DNA of 64,000 nt from Bdellovibrionales bacterium (GTDB lineage Bacteria > Bdellovibrionota > Bdellovibrionia > Bdellovibrionales > UBA1609), in contig OZ241456.1 of the NCBI GenBank assembly GCA_965200875.1, positions 1,696,001 through 1,760,000 of the forward strand. The letters run 5' to 3'. The position numbers and the translations under genes were made by a program. Positions 58,624 through 64,000 of this stretch are shown here, in pieces. The notes under the pieces were generated by a model that was given only the letters and a program-made list of their open reading frames with translations, made no database searches and had not been told where the DNA came from. How positions within the stretch are numbered: position 1 is the first letter of the stretch; every line of letters starts with the position of its first letter.

Positions 58624-58959
58624 ACAGGAATGTAAAATCGTCAAATTTTACACACATAAGTGTTAAATTTTTGACGATTCATTTATTTCCTCACAAATTA
58701 TACTTTTCGATCTTTATAGTTCATTCACGAGTCTTAATCCCTTTTTCAGAGGTAGTTATTTGAAAGCTCGACAAATTACCAACTAAAAACGAGTAAATTC
58801 CAGCTCTGTTCTATACATTTCAGATTTTTTAATAAAAATCTTGACATTAAAAAAAAGATTTCCTATATAGAGCTTGGGCTTTTTCTGTATTGCTATTCAT
58901 TTCTCACACACTTTACGCACTTTTTAAAACGATCTTTGCAGTAAAAAAAAGGAATAAAA

Positions 58960-59268
58960 ATGATTAATTTCAGCACTGATAATTTTATATTTAAAGGTTT
59001 TGATCCTTCTGATGACCTGAAAGTGTATTGTAAAGAAATTTACAGTCGGGTAGAAGGCAAAGCACCCAGTGAATCCACAAAAATTGCCTTTATCAGTAAA
59101 ACCAATAAAGGATATGAAGGATCTTTTCGAGTCACATCTGCTTCTGGAATCTTTAAAGCCAATTCAAAAAACCCTTCAGCTAAGCCCTTAATTGATGAAC
59201 TATATAAAAAAATGTCTCTTCAAATTTTAGACTGGAGTAAAACCCGCGGGCTTAACTTCAAAGAATAA
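58960..59268 (+). CDS. Hypothetical protein, possibly HPF/RaiA-like fold
   Basis: FKGFDPSDDLKVY N-terminus, ~100 aa; AAGGA RBS. Confidence 0.55.
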   Translation: MINFSTDNFIFKGFDPSDDLKVYCKEIYSRVEGKAPSESTKIAFISKTNKGYEGSFRVTSASGIFKANSKNPSAKPLIDELYKKMSLQILDWSKTRGLNFKE

Positions 59269-59300
59269 GCATTCTCCACGCTATATAAAAAAATATACCA

Positions 59301-60032
59301 ATGCAACAACAGGAAAATCCTTTTTTAAATCTTTTTTTTAATATCCTGATACCCATTGTTATTTTAAACAAAGGTCATCTCCTTTTTGGCAGTCAATCGG
59401 GGGTTTTAGCCCTTTTACTAGCTTTGTTATTTCCGCTTCTTTATGGCTTGTTTGATTTTTTAAAAAACAAGAGAAAAAACATCATCTCTGCTTTTGGTAT
59501 CCTGAATGTTTTGTTCACAGGTGGCTTGGCACTTTATAAACTGGATGGGATATGGTTCGCTGTTAAAGAGGCTGGTTTTCCTTTACTGATAGGAATTTTT
59601 GTTTTCATATCCGCTTATACGAAAAAAAATTTTTTTGAATATTTAACCCGAAGTGCTCATTTGTTAAGATGGGATATCCTAGAAGAAAAAATACAAAGCT
59701 CTTCTTCTGCAAGTTCTTTTAAAACACTATTTAAAAAATCCACTATTATGTTTTCCTTGTCTTTTTTTATCAGTGCGGGTTTAAACTTTGGTCTGGCTCT
59801 TTATATTTTTTCTGAAAAAGAGCTTACGGAAATATCTTCGGCAGAAAAAGAGATTATTTTAAACCAAAAAATTGCAGATATGACTTGGCTGGGTTTTCTG
59901 GTTATTGGATTGCCTATGGCAGTTTTTGCCATTGGAATTTTTTGGTGGTTTTTAAAACAGCTAACAAAAATAACTGGCCTTCCTTTGGAAACAATATTGA
60001 CCACTAACAAACATCTAAAAAAACCTTCCTGA
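59301..60032 (+). CDS. VC0807-like / septation IspZ-like membrane protein
   Basis: NILIPIVIL, FAVKEAGFP, multiple TM segments. Confidence 0.7.
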   Translation: MQQQENPFLNLFFNILIPIVILNKGHLLFGSQSGVLALLLALLFPLLYGLFDFLKNKRKNIISAFGILNVLFTGGLALYKLDGIWFAVKEAGFPLLIGIFVFISAYTKKNFFEYLTRSAHLLRWDILEEKIQSSSSASSFKTLFKKSTIMFSLSFFISAGLNFGLALYIFSEKELTEISSAEKEIILNQKIADMTWLGFLVIGLPMAVFAIGIFWWFLKQLTKITGLPLETILTTNKHLKKPS

Positions 60033-60068
60033 TTATTCAATAACAAAGAATCAACAGTCAGTTATAAC

Positions 60069-61898
60069 CTATAACCGGCAAGTTTTTTTGCGAATGGATA
60101 TTTTTTTCGGTGCGGTAAATTCTTCTCCTGGTGGAGGAACTTTTTGTTTCATATAAATAAGCTCAATATGTTTAACAGCTCGGCTGGTTTTCTTTGTGTT
60201 CCATTGATCACATAAATATTGTAAATAATATTTACTGTATTTTTTATGTTTATATACCAGATTTTCCAGCATTTTTCTAAACCGAAAAACCGGAAAAGTG
60301 GTGTCATATCTATGAGGTTTCTCCATATCCAAAGGCTTTCCTTTCCGCCAAAGATCTATCTTCTCTTCTGTGTCTTTGGTAACCGCAGAGAGAATAATCC
60401 ACCCGGTGGTATCCATAGGTTTAGGAGCAAACATATTCCAATACTGATATAAATGAAAAAAAGCTCCAAAGCCATTCCACTGCTTGGACATATATTGTCC
60501 ATAATATTTAAAATTCACAGTACGAATATTCCAAGCCAACACATATAAAAAACAAATAAAGAAAAAAACAGCCAATCCAACAGATAAGAAGGTGCGTCTT
60601 TGATGTGATTTTTCCGAAGCTTTCAGTGCTGGTATAAAGTACCCAAGTTTTCTTCTGTTTTTAGCTGTCTTTTTGTAAAGCCAGTCTCCTGCACAGGAAA
60701 TCCATTTTGTTCTCAAAAGTGGAGCCAGATAAAAAAACAAAGCAGAATGAGATAATAATACCCTGAAAGCCTGAAAACGCCCATGCCATTTTGTTTCTGG
60801 ATCAAATACCACCCAAGAGTTTCTTTTTTCCGACTCTGAAAGGGCCTGTTCATCCGATTGAATGGTAAAAACAGATACCTTCTGCAAAATCAAAAAGGTT
60901 TTTATCAGAAAAACAGTTTTTCTGCAAAAAGAACAATGCCCATCATAATAAACCTTAAGGACTTTTTTCTTATTTGGAAAGCAAGATATTTTTTCCCAAA
61001 ATTCCGGTGGCAAAAGAGCTAGCCACCCTGCCATACAAATATACGAAAAAAGCCCAAGATGCAAAAAAAAGCCTAAAGACAAATGAAACAAACACATACA
61101 CAAAATAAGTACTGTTTTTACACGCCATAAAAAGCCAAAAAATACAAATAGAAAGAAAATTAAATTTTCAACCACATAATAAGTTATGAAAGACAACATT
61201 CGCATAAGACTAGGATACTGCAATAAAATATCACCCCATACTGTTCTAAAGTTTTCCAACATTAAAGCGTAATACACTCCCTGATTAGTTTTCCATACTT
61301 CATGGGATTTCAGTATATAAGTAAAATAATACACCAATAAAATTTGCAAAATAAATACCACGGAGTTTACAGAAAAAACCGGCTTTTCTTTTTGATCGCG
61401 TAAAGCACCATCTATGGAAAAATATTTTCCCAAAGGAAGGCGCAAAGCCCAAAATAACAACATACCAAGCAGTATATCTCCTGAGTTAAGAATCAAAAAA
61501 TTGCGGGATTGAAAAGACACCAATAATATCCATGATCCCAACAAAGCCCATTTTGTTTTATATCCAACAAGCAACATTAAAAAAAATATTATTGCTAAAA
61601 TAAATAATGCCCACTGGTATACCAAAAGCGGAGACACAAAATTCAAGGAACTAACACTGGACTGAAAAGAACCCTTATTCCAGAAAGCCCAAAAAGGCAA
61701 AAGACCTTTATTGCTGTAAAATAAAGTAAACCAGGGCATACGAGTGAATATAAAATCCACGATTAAAATTAAAGAAACAAGCACTCTAAACAAAGCCAAA
61801 GAACGTGTATCTAAAGAGAAATTATATTTAATTTCCTGAGCCAGATGTTTCCAAAAAGTTTTTTTTGGTTTCAAACTTTTTTGATTAGCATTTTCCAA
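60069..61898 (-). CDS. HTTM-domain membrane protein with inserted DCC1/DUF393 thiol-disulfide domain
   Basis: DTRSLALFR, RNFLILNSGD, FHL, YDGHCSFC, QYWNMFAP. Confidence 0.82.
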   Translation of the reverse strand: MENANQKSLKPKKTFWKHLAQEIKYNFSLDTRSLALFRVLVSLILIVDFIFTRMPWFTLFYSNKGLLPFWAFWNKGSFQSSVSSLNFVSPLLVYQWALFILAIIFFLMLLVGYKTKWALLGSWILLVSFQSRNFLILNSGDILLGMLLFWALRLPLGKYFSIDGALRDQKEKPVFSVNSVVFILQILLVYYFTYILKSHEVWKTNQGVYYALMLENFRTVWGDILLQYPSLMRMLSFITYYVVENLIFFLFVFFGFLWRVKTVLILCMCLFHLSLGFFLHLGLFSYICMAGWLALLPPEFWEKISCFPNKKKVLKVYYDGHCSFCRKTVFLIKTFLILQKVSVFTIQSDEQALSESEKRNSWVVFDPETKWHGRFQAFRVLLSHSALFFYLAPLLRTKWISCAGDWLYKKTAKNRRKLGYFIPALKASEKSHQRRTFLSVGLAVFFFICFLYVLAWNIRTVNFKYYGQYMSKQWNGFGAFFHLYQYWNMFAPKPMDTTGWIILSAVTKDTEEKIDLWRKGKPLDMEKPHRYDTTFPVFRFRKMLENLVYKHKKYSKYYLQYLCDQWNTKKTSRAVKHIELIYMKQKVPPPGEEFTAPKKISIRKKTCRL

Positions 61899-61948
61899 AG
61901 CTCATCTCCTCTTCAGACATCAGATTCCTCTGATCCTTGTTTTATATC

Positions 61949-63406
61949 TTATTCTGTTTGAGATTTTCCAAAGGAATCAAATATACTTTGAGCCACATCT
62001 TGGTAATGGGAGGAACAGATACTAAATACTTTCCCTCCTGTCATGGTACTTAAATCCGCTATCTTATCGGAAAAATCCCCCTCAGGAAAAAAAATCTGTT
62101 GAGCCTGGTTTTGATTCAGACAATCTGTATCATCTTCAATAATAATGATTCCATACACTTCAAATCTTTTGTTTACTCCGTGAACACTCCTAAACTGTTC
62201 AATCACCTCTTTTGGTTCCGTAGAGAAATCAGATTCCCCTCCTCTCTCCTTGGAATTACTGATAATAACAACAGCCAGATCTGCTTCTTTCCGGAAAAAA
62301 TCCTCATTCTTAACCAAAGCGGATTTTAAAGACTTCAAAGGCTGTTCTTGGAGACTTTGACAAAAAGGCGGTAAATGACATACATTCAGGTTTTCCGGTC
62401 TGCCCATGTTTCCTGTAACTCTATATTCTCCCGTTTTGTGTGTTGAAACACTGTCCAAAAAAATCTGATCATAATCCGACATTCCCTTCTGCAAATAGTA
62501 CAAATTTAATATCTTCCCCGCCTTTTCCAATGGCATGATCTCTCCCTTTAAAGCTCCATAATTCAAAAAGAAAACACCTGTCTCTCCATAATCTGCGTTA
62601 GTAAGAGCGAATCGCCAATTCAAAGTGGAAAAGTATCTTAAAAATCCTGAAAATTTTTCCTTAAATTGTCTTAAATGAGGAATCATGGATACAGATGTAT
62701 CCATAACAAACAGGATATCCAAAGGTCGAGGGATAAATACTATGGGAGGCACTTCCTCCAATACCGGAGACGGAGTGGAAAAAGAGGGAAGAGGATTTTC
62801 TTTCACTTCGGGTATACGATTCATCAGGTCTTGGCCATTTTTCACAAGTTCAAAAGCCGTGGTATCTCGTGCCTCTAAATGAGGTACAGGGCCTGATATG
62901 ACAGACTGAGTGGGAAGAGACGACGGAGGAGAAACTGGCGCGGGAGATGGCGAAGGTGGAGGTAAGGGCTGAGGAGAAACTGGCAAAGGTGGAGGTAAGG
63001 GCTGAGGAGAAACTGGCGAAGGTGGAGGTAAGGGCTGAGGAGAAGACGGAGGATTATCTTTTGTCAGAGAAAGAGCTGTTTCCGGTTCCGGCAAATGGAG
63101 AGTTGGAATATCTGCACCAGCTAGCTGAATCAACTCTGTTTTTCCATCTAAAACAACCAGCTCTTTTTCTTCAGGTTGTTGATAAATAATTTTTTCTCTC
63201 TTCGGTCTGTTTAGACTTATATCTTTTCTCTGAAACAATTTCATTGAGTTTCGATCTGTTATCCTTGGTAAACTTTTACTATCTGATTCATTTTCTTCCA
63301 TGTCAAAAAAATATACAGCTTTGTTGCAGGAAACAAGAAAAATACAAAATACCACTAAAACATATTTCACATTTAATTTCCTCTTTAAATTAAATACACC
63401 TGACAA
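61949..63406 (-). CDS. vWA (MIDAS) domain lipoprotein with Pro-rich linker
   Basis: LVSC lipobox; SPQPLPPP repeats; DILFVMDTSVSM; FFRKEADLAVVIISN; start uncertain. Confidence 0.78.
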   Translation of the reverse strand: MSGVFNLKRKLNVKYVLVVFCIFLVSCNKAVYFFDMEENESDSKSLPRITDRNSMKLFQRKDISLNRPKREKIIYQQPEEKELVVLDGKTELIQLAGADIPTLHLPEPETALSLTKDNPPSSPQPLPPPSPVSPQPLPPPLPVSPQPLPPPSPSPAPVSPPSSLPTQSVISGPVPHLEARDTTAFELVKNGQDLMNRIPEVKENPLPSFSTPSPVLEEVPPIVFIPRPLDILFVMDTSVSMIPHLRQFKEKFSGFLRYFSTLNWRFALTNADYGETGVFFLNYGALKGEIMPLEKAGKILNLYYLQKGMSDYDQIFLDSVSTHKTGEYRVTGNMGRPENLNVCHLPPFCQSLQEQPLKSLKSALVKNEDFFRKEADLAVVIISNSKERGGESDFSTEPKEVIEQFRSVHGVNKRFEVYGIIIIEDDTDCLNQNQAQQIFFPEGDFSDKIADLSTMTGGKVFSICSSHYQDVAQSIFDSFGKSQTE

Positions 63407-63586
63407 GAACTATGCTTTTAAAGCTTTCGCTCTTTAATAAGAAAGAGAGTAGTCCTGATGCTAAAGCACATTATAAATAAGAATACCAAAAGCCAAACAA
63501 ATGAGTATGGGTTAATGAGTGACCTGGTCTACTGTCTTGTCATAGATAAAAAAACCGAAAACGACTTTATATTTTTGCCCGTCTTT

Positions 63587-64000
63587 TTATAAAGATCGAA
63601 TGATAACAGTCGCTAAAGGAGAGTAGTCCGGTTCACAAATACTGAGTGCTCTTCCTCCCGTCATCCGAACAAATTGATGGATATTTTTACTGTAAGAAAC
63701 CTTCGCAAAGTTATATTTTTCATCGTTATTACTGTTAAAACAAGTATCATCTCCTGGAAAAATAGAAATACTATATATTAATATTTTCTTCTCCTTTCCG
63801 TAATTTTCCTGAAAACGGCGAATAAACAAATTCGCAGCAGAGGATTCTCTAATATGCACATCATCCCCGTTTGTAAAAATAATTGCTACAAAAATGGCTT
63901 CTTTTCTGAGAAAATTTTTATTGGCAGAAAGAGAATTAATAAGAGAACCAATGGGAGAGCGAACATTGCTTTGGCAGTAAGGAGGCAAGTCACAAGGGTT
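63587..64000 (-). CDS. C-terminal part of a further vWA-type paralogue (5' end outside window)
   Basis: LPPYCQ...FLRKEAIFVAIIFTN...TGGRALSIC closely parallels the 61949-63406 product. Confidence 0.75.
   Translation of the reverse strand, partial: NPCDLPPYCQSNVRSPIGSLINSLSANKNFLRKEAIFVAIIFTNGDDVHIRESSAANLFIRRFQENYGKEKKILIYSISIFPGDDTCFNSNNDEKYNFAKVSYSKNIHQFVRMTGGRALSICEPDYSPLATVIIRSL

Overview
AT-rich bacterial chromosomal segment. The gene set (Hanks kinase with a PEGA domain, GYF/TPR protein, vWA lipoproteins, AddAB, degenerate GGDEF protein, sigma-54 activator) suggests a Bdellovibrionota-like organism; this is inference, as no rRNA is present. The backbone is housekeeping: greA, alr, purH, addAB, coaE, nadK, ftsZ-ftsA-ftsQ-ddl, purL, xerD, nrdAB, ftsI-ftsL-rsmH, bcp, hpt, sohB. 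The dcw cluster is split in two, and a ~12 kb accessory region (23.0-35.1 kb) lies next to the ddl-ftsQAZ half. Main candidates for novelty in that region: (1) six tandem DUF1640/CCDC90-like membrane-anchored coiled-coil genes, each with its own promoter-like motif, near-identical heads and anchors, and stalks built from 7- and 11-residue modules that give six different lengths (36, 43, 58, 65, 72, 79 aa); (2) a Zorya type II-like locus with the HNH nuclease between zorA and zorB; (3) an Rpn nuclease preceded by two near-consensus sigma-54 promoters. Elsewhere there is a deleted DUF262 defence-gene relic, a perfect 5 x 45 bp repeat spanning the nrdB stop codon, and a dispersed palindromic element in two copies. 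No rRNA, tRNA, CRISPR-Cas or reverse transcriptase was recognised.
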